In this document: positions 37,372 to 49,662 of the stretch, in pieces
How positions within the stretch are numbered: the stretch's first letter is position 1
How the letters are laid out: every line of letters begins with the position of its first letter
NCBI GenBank assembly: GCA_964270895.1
Contig: OZ185443.1
Length of the DNA: 64,000 bases
Source: Podarcis filfolensis
Taxonomy: Eukaryota
Direction: 5' to 3' (one strand)
The notes under the pieces: model-generated
The model's input: only the letters and a program-made list of their open reading frames with translations
The model's database searches: none
Told to the model about the DNA's origin: nothing
Program-made: the position numbers and the translations under genes

Positions 37372-40139
37372 CTTAATTTGCACTTCCCAAAACAATGCCT
37401 AAACAAAAACAAAAATGAAGCTATCCTTCAAAATTCACACTTCTCTGAATTTTGCCTTCTAGTTTGCCAACCAACTGATGTGTATAAAAATATGTATAAC
37501 AGGAGGAGATGTGCGTAGTAATGCAACAGGCAATAATTATACTATCGCTTAGTAGAAGTGGCAGCAACCCACAGGTAGCTTTGAATAGACTGGCTTGGTG
37601 CTACAGAGGCATGGGCATCCTTATACAGAAATGTATGGTGCCAGTGCTGTGTGCATTTCACTGTCCTTTTTGTTGAGGACCTGCGTGGGCAGCAGCAACA
37701 GTTCATCAGAAATTATTCTGCAGTCCACTGATGGATCACAATCTACATCCTGTCCATGTTTCTGTCCTAAAATCATATCTCAAATCTCCAGCTCTTGTAA
37801 TGTCAGATGTTGAACAAAAGAGGATTAACACTATGATAAACTATTTGAATGTAAGGTGTTACTGTCATTGTGATGTACTATTAATTGCAGTTTCTCCAAC
37901 ATTTTAATATGTGCAGGTGTCAGTAGGATATTTTGCTAGTATACAGTTGCAGCTAGCAATTGATGGACACTCTCCACCTAAATGTTTCATAACAAAAGAG
38001 AGAATAGACTCTCTTACTACTACCACCACCACCCACCATAAAATCTCTTCAATCCATGAATATATTGGATTTTAGTGGAGAACTATCACTTTATGTGTCA
38101 TTGTTCATAATATTTTCTATGTATAGATGATTACTAGAGGGGTGCTAATTGAAAAAGCTTTAACATTTTGCAAACAGAATTCATTTTCTCCCTCTGTATG
38201 TGTCCAAAACATATGTCGACTAGCAGTTGAACTCTTTCCATCCCCACTTCTCTTCTTCTCTTCTGAGCACCAAAAATATAGTTGATGAACTCTTTTAATG
38301 TTTACCATGTAATCAGTTCAAATCATCCTCAAACCCAGAGGTTCTCATATTGTGGCCTACAGATCACTAGTGGTCGGCAAGCTCCATTTGTGTGGTCTAC
38401 ACAAAGGTTATATTTCAGTAGAGATCGCCTGTACTTGGCCCTGCACCTGATTTTTCCTAATGACTGAGGTCAAGTCTCTCTTGACCAGGGACAGATGTCT
38501 CAAAATAGCAAGGCTCTGGCCTATGACTCATGATCTTCATTTTTTTAAAATGCTGTTTACTTATTTTCCCCTAAAAATTACCAGTTAAAAGGACTTTTCT
38601 CAACCTCAGACACCTCATTTCCACAATACTGCACTGGTGGTGCTGAAGAGCTAAAAGGTTGTAGTAAGTAGTCGTCTGAGGCCCCCAGCAATCATCAAGT
38701 GGCCCCTAATAATGATAAAATTGAGGACCATTGCTCTAACTGCATCACAGAGAAAATTATGAAACTATTTCCTCTCCTTGCTCACTTGCCCTTTGTCAGA
38801 AGAGCACAGAGAAGTGTGCACAGGCCTGCACACACCCTCCCATAGATCCAAATGCCCTACTTGTCCCCACAACCATACATACCAACTGGTCCAAGCAGGA
38901 GTAGCCTGTATCATGGAAAGAGAAGAGTGGCCCTATGGGATCTATATATGGCTGGTGCCCATACTGGCTGGGTATTTTTCACTGAGACCTGGCTGAGAGC
39001 AAGCCTGGAAGAGAAAAAGAGAATAAAGATCTCTGTCAAGCCTCCTGCTCAAGGGTCGCTGAATCCTCTTCCCTGCAAGACTGTTCCTCAGAGTGGCATC
39101 CTGACACTGTGTCACCCCAGCTGTGGCAGCAGGGTTGAAAAGAATGGCAGTTGGCTACCAGCTATCGCAAGGAGCTTTGTCTCTCTCTTGCTGTGCAGAG
39201 AGGGAGAGGGAGGGGGAAAGGCTAGTGTGAGGTACATAAAACCCTAGAGAGCTGCTGCCTAACAGTACGGAAAATACCACGCTAGATAGACCAGTGGTCT
39301 GATGCTGTATAAGGTGCCACCCTTTACCCCTAGAGTTGATTTCAATCATTCCAAGAATTATCTCAAAAGTTTTTCTTTTCTTTTCAAATGAAGGATTAAT
39401 TTTGAGTTTTAATAACAAAAACTACATTTTCAGTATTTACTGAAGCAATGGATATCTACTGATGCAATATACGTATGAATCCCAACTCTTCCCGTTGTTA
39501 CAAAAAGGACCTTTATTTTGCCAGAAGGAAACTTCAATCAATATTTAATTTTACAATATGATTCAGCCAATAAGGATATTCAAAATATATGGCTGTGTGT
39601 GTTTACAATGATTGTCTATGATGTGCAATAAGTAGCATCGGAATGCTGTATACTTTCGAAAGACATGTAATTATACGTCAAATGCAGTATGCAGTTGTAT
39701 TTAAAATGTTTCTGCAAAGTTTCCATGTCAAGTGATGATTTTTTTTAAATGCTTGCACAACCTAAGATTGTCCAGTTGGTGTTAATATTCACTAGTATTT
39801 AATAGTACCCCAATCTGAGCTGCATTTATATTTTTTTGACAGCACCACTCTGCTCTAAAAATAAGAATAGCCATGGTTTGGGGAATTCTGGCAATAACAT
39901 TTGGACCGTTAGTCATAGGCTTACTAAAGGACAGTAGAGAGAACATAACTCTCATGGATCAAATTCACTTCATGAACTCAGTGATTCAGATCTGTCTTGA
40001 TGTTTGACATTTAAGCTCTGGGCATGAACCTGATACAGTTTCACTTTTCAGATATGCTTTCTGCTCTTCTGATTCATGTGATAATGATTTCAGACATTTA
40101 TGCTCAATGAAATAATATCCTATGGCCAGGAGATGTCAT

Positions 40140-40142
<3 letters not shown>

Positions 40143-40176
<34 letters not shown>

Positions 40177-40184
40177 ACACACAC
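40143..40184. repeat. (GT)16(AC)5 inverted microsatellite
   Basis: Seen directly. Confidence 0.95.
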
Positions 40185-40244
40185 CTGAGCCCATTGCCTT
40201 TTTTCACTTTGTTTTAATTTCTATGCTTTCCCTTATTTCTCAAG

Positions 40245-41054
40245 TTGGATTCCAAAGCATCATCCCCTCCTCTCAGGTACCGATCCTCTCCTTGTCCAGA
40301 TTCTAATAAAGAGAATCTTCAGGCTGTCACCGATGAATGGTTGTCACTGACTCTTGCCGTCTCACCTTCAAGCACACCTTCCCCAACTCCTCCACCTTTT
40401 CCCAAACTCTTTCTTTCTGATTTAGAGGAGCTTGGCACTCTAGCTTTGACAGGTCCGCAGAGCGTGCTGGGGCATTCAGATAATATCACTCCTCAAGTAA
40501 AGCATGACCATTTTGTTCCAATTACCTCACCAAAGGCTTCCCACTCCTTCCCTGAATCTCCAACTTCACCTCAGCCATTTTCTTCATCTGCCTGTAAATC
40601 ACCTCCTCCAGCAACCTGGTTTCAGGACAGCGTGCGTAAGCCTGTTACCAATAGTGTAAATCTGAGCGAAAGTAAATGTAGCAATTTCAGAGAGCTGAGA
40701 GGAAGCCCCACCACCAAGGAAAGGAAAAATTTCTCACAAACAACTCCGGAAGTTCAAGGAATAGCAGGCCCTGCTCTTGTTCTCTCCAAAGAAGACCCAT
40801 TATTCAGAACCCTGACGGAGACTGACGAACCAGAAGAAGAAATCTGTGAAGAGCTGCTAGCGATAATCCAAGGGGGCCGGTCAAAATGTAAAGATTCAGG
40901 TTTCTACAGGCGTGCCCCTGATGTAACAGAACAACTGGCAAGGCTTCACATAGAGGAAGAGCTGAGCCATGACAATTTAGAGTCACTCATATCAGTTAAG
41001 AGAGAACCTATGATACCTTGCGAAGGGGACAGTTCACCAGATACTAAAAAAGAG
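40245..41054 (+). CDS. SORBS2: Candidate 270-codon Ser/Pro-rich cassette exon (LDSKASSPPL...SSPDTKKE), phase 0-0
   Basis: Polypyrimidine tract and ctcaag|TTG ... GAG|gtattt; 810 nt stop-free, within the second longest ORF of the window (40245-41156); in frame with neighbouring exons. Confidence 0.8.
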
Positions 41055-43034
41055 GTATTTAAACTTCTTAAGATAAACTCCTACATTCTCATCATGAATT
41101 CAAGTCTTAACTTTCCGTTGTGTGTGTTTCTGCCTGCATGTGCCTTTCTAGTATAAACTGCAATATTTTGAGAACAGTAGAATGCACATTAACGCACAAG
41201 CCCTCTCTCCAGTTCTTTTATTTTGGAGATGGGAAGAAATGTCACACTGTAATTTAGTTTACCCTAACTGAATAAAGTCTTTCCTTCCTTCCTTCTGGAG
41301 CTAGCCGCCTTTAGTTGCGGCTGTCATCAGGAATGAAAAACCATTGGTTGCTTTGATGGGCACTAAGTAGTTTGGCACAACTCCTGGTCAAACTAGAAGA
41401 CATGCCAATGTGATCATACTTTCCTAGGGAGGAAGGAGTGTAAAATCTGTCACCCCCATGCAATTTCCCCAATACAAATGCTCCACCACCAGACCACAGC
41501 GGCCAATTTGCCCCAGAAGGGGAGATGCTATTTGTAGCTATACCATCTCTTCTCCTATGGCAAACAGAAACTTCTGGCTTTTAATAGATAATTAACACCT
41601 CTCCTTCTACACACGGCACTGATTCAAGTCGCACCACCGTGGGATGCTACTTATTCAGAGACACACACCTTTAACATGCCATCTAGTTTTGTCTCAAAAA
41701 CTTTACAGTAAGTCATTCAGGAAATGCCCATTTATTTATAGGTCACTCTCTTGTTCAGAAGTGACCAACATGTCCTCCGGATGTCATTGGCCTAAAATTC
41801 CTGACAGCCTCAGCAAGCATTGCCAGTAGTCAGGTAACAGTAATCCAACAGCATTTGGAAGGTACTGCATTGGCTACCCTGATCTAGTTAACTTGAACAA
41901 TTCCCCATAGGTTTCTGATATAAAGGAAGCATTACCCAGAATACCCATTAAAGTTAATGCTGTTTTATACTTTATAGCTACACATGGTGTGTATAACACT
42001 GAATTCCTTGAAATGTGAGCAAGCCACAAACAACTTCTGCTTACCCCACCACATGAAGGGTGAGGGTAGCCAGTTTACACAATCACTGAGCACAGAGCTT
42101 TGCTTGATAACAAAAAAAGAACCATCTAGCTTTAGAAACTGCCAACTGGCAGCGGTTGAGTCTGGCCCCAGCGCCATTCTAATTAGTCCCTGGTGGTTCT
42201 ACTGAATTTTAATCAAGTTGTCATAAAATGTTTCCCACAGTTTTACTCATAAGAAAAGGGGGGAGGATTTTTGGCTTGTAAGATTGTCTTCCGTCTAATG
42301 TTACATCTCTCTTAAGAATTTGTATGTAGCATCCCAGCTGTGGAACCAGCCATTTATAATGGCCTGCCCAGTGTTTGTTTTCCAGCATCACTGTGCACAC
42401 ACAGGCAGCAAAAACAGTGTGTCTGTTGTGGTCCCTGGTCACTTGCATTCCGCTTGAAGGGTTAGACTTGCTCCCAACTGTGTTAAAGCCTGAACCTGCA
42501 TGGAGTGATCAGTTTGCATGACAAAACATGCTTCAGGCCCTTTTCTGAGCAGCAGAATATGCCTTCACCACCTGAAAGAATACAAGCATTGGCTATCCTT
42601 GTCCAAGAGAGACAAGGGCTGCAATCCAGCAAAAATTTCCAGGCATACTTGTTAACTCTACATGCACAAGCCTTTTCTTTTCCTCCCTGACCTTCACTGT
42701 AGACTGCTTTCTAAATGTGGGAGCATTTAAGAAGCAGCTTGCTGCACTGTGAGGTGCAGGAGCAGGGACCCACTATGCCAGGAACAGGGAGCTGCTATTC
42801 AAGTAAGCAGATAGGAAACAGTCCTGCTGAGCACAGAGATCGATCCATGTATTTCCAATAATTGCATTGTCCTATATGTACTCAATTAACCCTACTGAAC
42901 ACAGCAATGGGTGGGAAGGTTGGGGGTGTCTCATTTCCTTTCACTGGTGGTGGTGCAGTATTCCTCTCTCTGCTTTATTGCTCCCTTTGTAATTGCTCTT
43001 CTGCTCAATTACTGTCTTTCTTTAAATGTTTAAG

Positions 43035-43229
43035 CCAGCTTCACTTCCCTATGAGACGCAAGCACCTTCCACCTCTCCTTCTTGCCTTGCTTCCAGTCCT
43101 CCATTTCACTCAGCCAAAACATCTTTCTCTGAATGCGTTTCTACATCTTCCAAGCCTGCTGTCACCCACTCACCCACTCTCCTTTCCAAACTGTCATACA
43201 GACAGGAGAAACATTCGCCAAAATTAAAG
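43035..43229 (+). CDS. SORBS2: Candidate 65-codon Ser/Pro-rich cassette exon PASLPYETQAPSTSPS...HSPKLK, phase 0-0
   Basis: 74-nt AG-free pyrimidine tract, tttaag|CCA ... AAG|gtaaca; 195 nt, stop-free in the gene frame. Confidence 0.65.
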
Positions 43230-45245
43230 GTAACAACAATATCTGTTATAATATGAAATGCTGCATGCCTTCTCAAATGCCTGACATTCGGGAAGCCTGG
43301 AGGTTAACCTAATAATTTAAAATCAGATTTGATGGTGACTAACATTTAATGACATAAGCATGCAGTCAGATCAAAACGTTGTAGCACCAAGTATTTAAAT
43401 ATACACCATTCACCAAATACTCCAATCTTCAATACACTGGTGCAACTGAACAAAAGTTATGTCACTACTGAAATCAGTGCATCAAAATTAGGACATGCCA
43501 AACAATATATATATATAAATCAGCAGAGATAAAATTTTGGCACACAGAATCATTCATAGTCCTTACTTCCTACAATTTTTCTTGTATATGTCTAGATTTT
43601 GATTCCTCCTTAATACTACTAAGACATTTGCTATACAAATTTTTATCAGTAAGGACTTCATCCAAAGCCCTTCATCCAATCTGCTGGAAAATCACTATTG
43701 ACTTTTATGGTGTGGACTTTTATCTACTCAGCTGGTATAAACATAAATAACTCATTAAAATCCTGAACAAGCTACCTAGCATGCATATGTATTTCTTACT
43801 CTTATAGCAAGCATATTCATTCCTATTCTTGAGAGCCAAATTACACTTGCCTGCCTGGCTTCCCAGCCAGTTCTATGAGTACACAAAGCCAGGCTAGAAT
43901 TGAGACACCAGCATAGCTGGGATCCCCATACACATGACAACTTACTAACTAGGGAGAACCATGGTCTTGGAAGTCCCGATGGGAATGGACAAGTGGAAGA
44001 GGCTATCACAGGCCTCAGATACCTTGCCATTCCTACCAGCAAACAGATAATTAGACGACTCTCTTTTTGATAACACACCTAGTCTCATAGGAAGGGACTC
44101 AGGAGGCCCAGGGCTTCTTGCCAGGTTGGTGTTGTGTCTCATTATGGAGCACCTGGTTAGACTCGGCCTAGGTTGATACCACTTCCATATTGCTCAATTA
44201 TAAAGCATGCATAGCAACCCTTCTGAACTCACATACAGACACTTTAGATCAAAAGCATACCACACATCTGGAATCATGTGGGGGGAAGGTGTAGCCAATC
44301 TGAACTGAAATCTCATTATTCCCTTTCATTGAATTATGCTATTCCTACCAACACTGGTCAGCCACTCACAGTGGCACGGTCTATTCACAGATATCCAATC
44401 CACCATTGCAGGAATTCCTGCAACAGAATATTATTCATGCACTGCTTATGCTGCTACGAATCCAGTTAGCATTTTAGCCTGTTCTATCATTAGCAGGTAC
44501 TACAACTGAAACAAGAACTAGTGTAATGGCACTGAGAAATAATAAATCATTGCTTTTTGACTCAAAAAAAAATCGCTTTGTAAGAGTGCTTTTGAATTTT
44601 GCAGAAGGAATATGTGACCCACACTGTCTGCTTCAACACTTATTGGAATGTGCAAAGGCACTCTTAGAATCCTGTAATTGTTTTTTTTTCACACCCATCT
44701 TCTCAGTCAAGCTTTGGAATCTAATTTAAGGAGGCATCAGCTTCATCTCCCTTTCATATATCACTTCCTCTCTACTTATATTCACTCATGCAAAAGACAC
44801 ATTGAGATGCTTAGAATGCAGGTCAGATTTTCGCAATGAGCTCCTTTTAATCTCTCGAGAGTTATAATGCCTCAGCTACTAATATTTTCCTCCTGGCTAT
44901 GAGTGCTGTTTGCTTTTGAGGTTGCTCCACTATTAAACTTGAAAATGTACAGTGCTGCATTTTGTGATAGGATCTTCTGCCCCAGGTAGACTGGTAGGCA
45001 TTGCAATTTTTAAGTGCTTGAGGACGGGGGTGGGGTGGGGTGGGAGGAGTGTGGCATTAAGGAAAATGATCATCATAGCTTTGCGACACAGTGGATTAAC
45101 AGATGTGCATGTCTTTTTGCACAAGGGCATTTTGGAGATTTGAAAGCTGGTTTGTGCAGCTTGCAAGTGAGAATGATATGACAACAGTAAAATTGCCCGT
45201 CTAGACTTTTAGATGAATTGACCCCCATGTTTATGGTTTTTCCAG

Positions 45246-45353
45246 GCCGATTTAAAAAGAGAGATATTTGTCATCGGCAAACCTCCTCGTAGCCCTGTTA
45301 TGACAAGGAGATCTTGCAGCTCGCCAGTCAGAGGGCACAGCTATTTACATAGG
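45246..45353 (+). CDS. SORBS2: Candidate 36-codon cassette exon ADLKREIFVIGKPPRSPVMTRRSCSSPVRGHSYLHR, phase 0-0
   Basis: ggtttttccag|GCC ... AGG|gtatgg; 108 nt; too short to appear in the ORF track. Confidence 0.7.
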
Positions 45354-47563
45354 GTATGGTACCATATGGCCCTGATATTGCCAGGTTTCCCCTAGCATAA
45401 GGAATTTGGTTTCTCATTGTGAAGTCTGGGGCTCACATGCTTAAGTAAATTCTCTTTAAAATGGAAAAAAAGCTTAAAATGGAAAATGGAAAAAATTCTC
45501 TTTGAAATGGAAAAAGCTTGAGTGATAAAAGTGTGGAGGCCACAGGAAGCTGTGCTTGATTTGGACCGTTCTGCTGGGGAATTGTAAATTGCAAGTATGT
45601 GTGAAACAGCCCTAAATAGAAGCAATTTCTCTAACCAATCTGTGTTTAACTCTCCCTTCCTTCTTAAGTAGTTCCTCTCATTTCTAAGTATCTTACTTAT
45701 GAGACCATTTGCAAAGGCTAAATAAGAAGACCTCATTCCTAATGTCTGTGTTGCTGTTCCTTGTTGTTTCCAAATGCATGATCGCACACACACACACCAA
45801 AATATTTTGCTGCTATGGCAACATATGTTGCACTCACTTGACGCCATGCCTTTTCATCGCACTGATTCTCTGAGCTGCCATCTGCATCAGCTTTTTCTTG
45901 CTTATTCACATTAAGCTGCATCCTCTATACAGTACAATCTCTTATTATAATTGTCCATACTCTGTCTTTGAAAGTAATGTGTGTGATTTCTGCATTTTAT
46001 GTACAAACCAAATGTTATACATATTTGAATCTAATCATTTTTGTATACATTACAAACTTCATTTATCTGAACTACAAGAGAAGGAGTCAGGGATGATCAT
46101 GTTTGCATTAAGAAGTTTATGTTTGAAAAAATGTAAGTGTTCTTATAGTGTTACAATCATGTACAGCTACACGGAAAAACTACTGGATACTTATTTATGA
46201 GGCTTAATTGTAAGTAGCAAGGGCCTTTTACCAAGAAAGCTATATTCTTTTCTCATCAACCATTTGTTGACCATATGATCCCGAGACTTGATTCCTTTAC
46301 TGTACTCTTGATAGACCCATCTTGAAGACTAGTTAGCGTCTATGATTGGTACAAATCATTGCAAGTCCAGTCCTGCAAGTCCAAGGACTACCTTTCTCTC
46401 GCATTTAAGATGGAATTGGGTTATACTGATCTGAAAAAGCTCAGACTACATTGTTCACTTCATGTCCATCATTGGTGGTCCATTCATAAAATCAGGATCC
46501 ACATAAAATCAAACTATGAGACAGTTACATAAATATACCCTAATAGCTGATCTTTTGAACTGTAAACTTCAAGTCATGAATCCTAAACCATGGATTCCCT
46601 TTTATATTTTGAAAACTTCCATATTTATTTTGTTACACTAAGTCTGCTGGGTATTTATGTATGTTTACTTACCTTTCTGTTCAATAAAGGCAGTTTCTTT
46701 TATGTTAAAAATATTCAGTTTGTTTTTCAGAACTTTAATTAATGCCAATCCGTGGTGGGAAATGAAAATTGCTTTTCAGCTTTTTATACTGGCATTGGTT
46801 ACCATTTTCCCCTTAAAAGGCTACATGTTGATAATTTATCTGCATTATTTTAATAATTTGTTTTTCTCTTTTCTCATTCCCTATGGGATAGTTTATTTTT
46901 GTTTTAAAAAAAAACCTTCCACAGTCCTCTCAGAACTAGGCAGTATCATTAACAAACATAGCATGTGGTAGTTGCCAATTAGATATCTGAGAGTACTTTT
47001 GCAAGAATGTGGTATTGAGCAATCATAAGGAATGGCTGCTTGTTCGGTCAGTGTTATTCACACTGATTTGCTTTCTGCTTGTCTGAGGCTGCTTGTTTGG
47101 ATTAAAATTGTATATTCATTTGTGCATTTTATAGACTAGCAGTATATATGACACTTAACAGCTTTCTTTGGCATGGTGATATTTATGCTGATGATAATTA
47201 AGGTTGCAAAAGGTGTTAAAGAAATCCTAGCATCTCCTCTTTTCTTTTACGCTTTGGGGGATTGGTTTGCTTTGCTTTTAGTTGTTTAATTTATTTGTGA
47301 AGCAGACAGCCAGTAAATGAGGCCTGCATCACAAATATCCTACTTGGCTCTATGTGCTTCTGCATTGTGACCTTTAGCTATTTGTTAAACTGTTTTTATA
47401 TGCAGCCTCAGGACCAGTAATATGGGGAGGATTGTTGTTGTTGAGCACTTGGTGAGCTGTGCATGGTGGTCCTAGGGGTGCAAATTATATAGGACTGTGG
47501 AAAGCTATACCTGGATTTGTAACCATTTATACTCTTATTACATTTCAACTCATTTCATTTCAG

Positions 47564-47613
47564 CCACAGCGCCCTGTGTTTGCTCATGAAAATATACACA
47601 GTGGGGGGGAACC
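47564..47613 (+). CDS. SORBS2: Exon PQRPVFAHENIHSGGEP (phase 0-2)
   Basis: catttcag|CCA ... GAACC|gtaagt; 50 nt; resembles mammalian PQRPVFTHENIQGGGEP as recalled. Confidence 0.95.
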
Positions 47614-48277
47614 GTAAGTATTTTAATCTACTAAAGTTTTTATCTAAATGACATTGGTAAATTTCTAGTGTGGTTGAGTAGGGAGTATTTGCCATGCCAG
47701 AAGCTGTCTACTGAGGCAGCTTGCATCCCATGGCACAGCAGTGCATGGACAACATATGTGTAATGATATGGGCGGTGTTGGCTGTCCCTTCAAAACATGC
47801 TATCTGCCTCTGACTCTCACCATTGACTCATACATAGACCCATGACCCATACTGCCATTCATTAAACGCTCCTAAAACTCAAGAGCTCCTGTTCATGCAC
47901 AAGAGGCATAACATCAGCAGCATCCCTTTCAAAGTGAGTTGAAGTTGGGTTGTGCACTTTGGTCATTAACATATTAGAGAGCTTTTTCAAAACTCTATGG
48001 CAAGGAACAACTCTATGTTGTTATCTTCAGTCAAAGTGATATTGGGTATTAGGCAGAAGTGGGGAGATGCATGCTGAGCATCGCTGCTGGTTACTGAGAG
48101 GCAAAGGGATGAAGTACAGGCTGCTCAGTGCAGTGTGAGCACAATGGCAAAGCCAATCTGCCACTGCATCTACACCACACTGAGCTTCCCCTGCCCCTCC
48201 CCATCTCAATAACCAGCAGCAACACCTGGCACTGGGAAGCTACGTGAGCAATGCACCACCTCACTTGTACTGTTAGC

Positions 48278-48390
48278 AGGGCTGGAAAAACTCTCTGAAT
48301 GAGACCTTGGAAAGCTGCTCTGCCAGTCAGGAGAAACTGTACTGGCTAGATGGACCATTGGTCCAGCTAAGTAGAAGGCAACTTCATTTT
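48278..48390 (+). mobile_element. SINE 3' fragment (squamate SINE-like); related fragment at 39240-39320
   Basis: CCTTGGAAAGCTGCT...GCTAGATGGACCATTGGTC...AAGGCAACTTC motif. Confidence 0.5.
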
Positions 48391-49662
48391 TTGTGAAAAT
48401 CTAGACAGACTTCATTTGCACATAATAATGCCAGTGGAAGTTGTGCAAGTTGTGTAGCTGGTGTATTGCATCATTTTATTCAGTTGCCGAAAGCTTTCCT
48501 TTTATAGCTCCTTTGGAGTGTTAAAATCTGAACATGTATCACCATTACTGAAAACAACTTAACAGTTGTAGTTGAAATTCAAGCACACACAAGTAAATGT
48601 CATGCTAATTAAGTTGTTACACTGAATATTCTGGCACCTCTTAGTGGTGACAGGCAACTTACAAATTACTGATCAAATTCACTTTTGGCACTTAATGCAA
48701 TTTTAATCTCAGAAATGAGTTCTATTTCCAATTATGATGTGAAGTGAATTAGCTTATGAGATTTATACATAAATACCTCCTTTGTTGATGTGTTGGACAT
48801 AGTACTTAAAGTAGGAAAAAGTCAAGAGTTAGCCTGCAAATGGTGTAGAGAGGGGGAGCTTTTGTATACCAACTGCTTAGAACCACAAATGGGGAGAGTG
48901 CTGTTGCACTCAGATGCTTCTTGCAGGCTTCCTATAGGTTTCTGGTTGACCACTGTGAGAACAGAATGAGCCTTTGTTCTGACTTGGCAGGGCTCTTCTT
49001 ATATTCTGGAAAGAAGACATGACTGGTTGTTCCTGTTCAACATTTTCGCTAGTCGGTCAATAATTTCTAACAATGAAGCATAAGATCTGAACACTCAGTA
49101 TATTAGATCTATTTTACTTAGTTACTGCACAACCCTGTAACTCTTCTTACAGCATAGTAATAACAGCAGACAATAAAAAGAATGCCAGTGCACAATCCAT
49201 CACAGTTGGGCACATTTCAGTCCATTAAAATTTAAATTCTCCAGAATCCCAGGATGGGACAGCCTTACTAGGGCTCCTTCCTATATACACATGCACCTTT
49301 ATCTTTTAAGGACTGCATGAACTCTCCATCACTTGTGTGATGCAGCAAGAGAGGACTCAGTGGACATAGGTCTGGTGCTGTCACAGGCACAAACCAATAG
49401 GTGCCTTGCCCAGTTCACATTTCATCTGGCATTGGCAGATTGCTGAGATGAACTAAGGAGGAGGTGGTAGGGAGAATACATTTGTTTTCCCTAAGGAACA
49501 AAGTATTACAAGTTTATCTTTAAGAAATGTAGTATCCACACAATAGATACTATGGCTTGGCCCTAAGGAAGTTAATTTAAGTAACTTCATGGAAGGAAAC
49601 ATTCCCTATCCTCATTTTCGCCATGCAGTCAATTATGCCCCCTGAAAGGATGGGCTAGGGAG

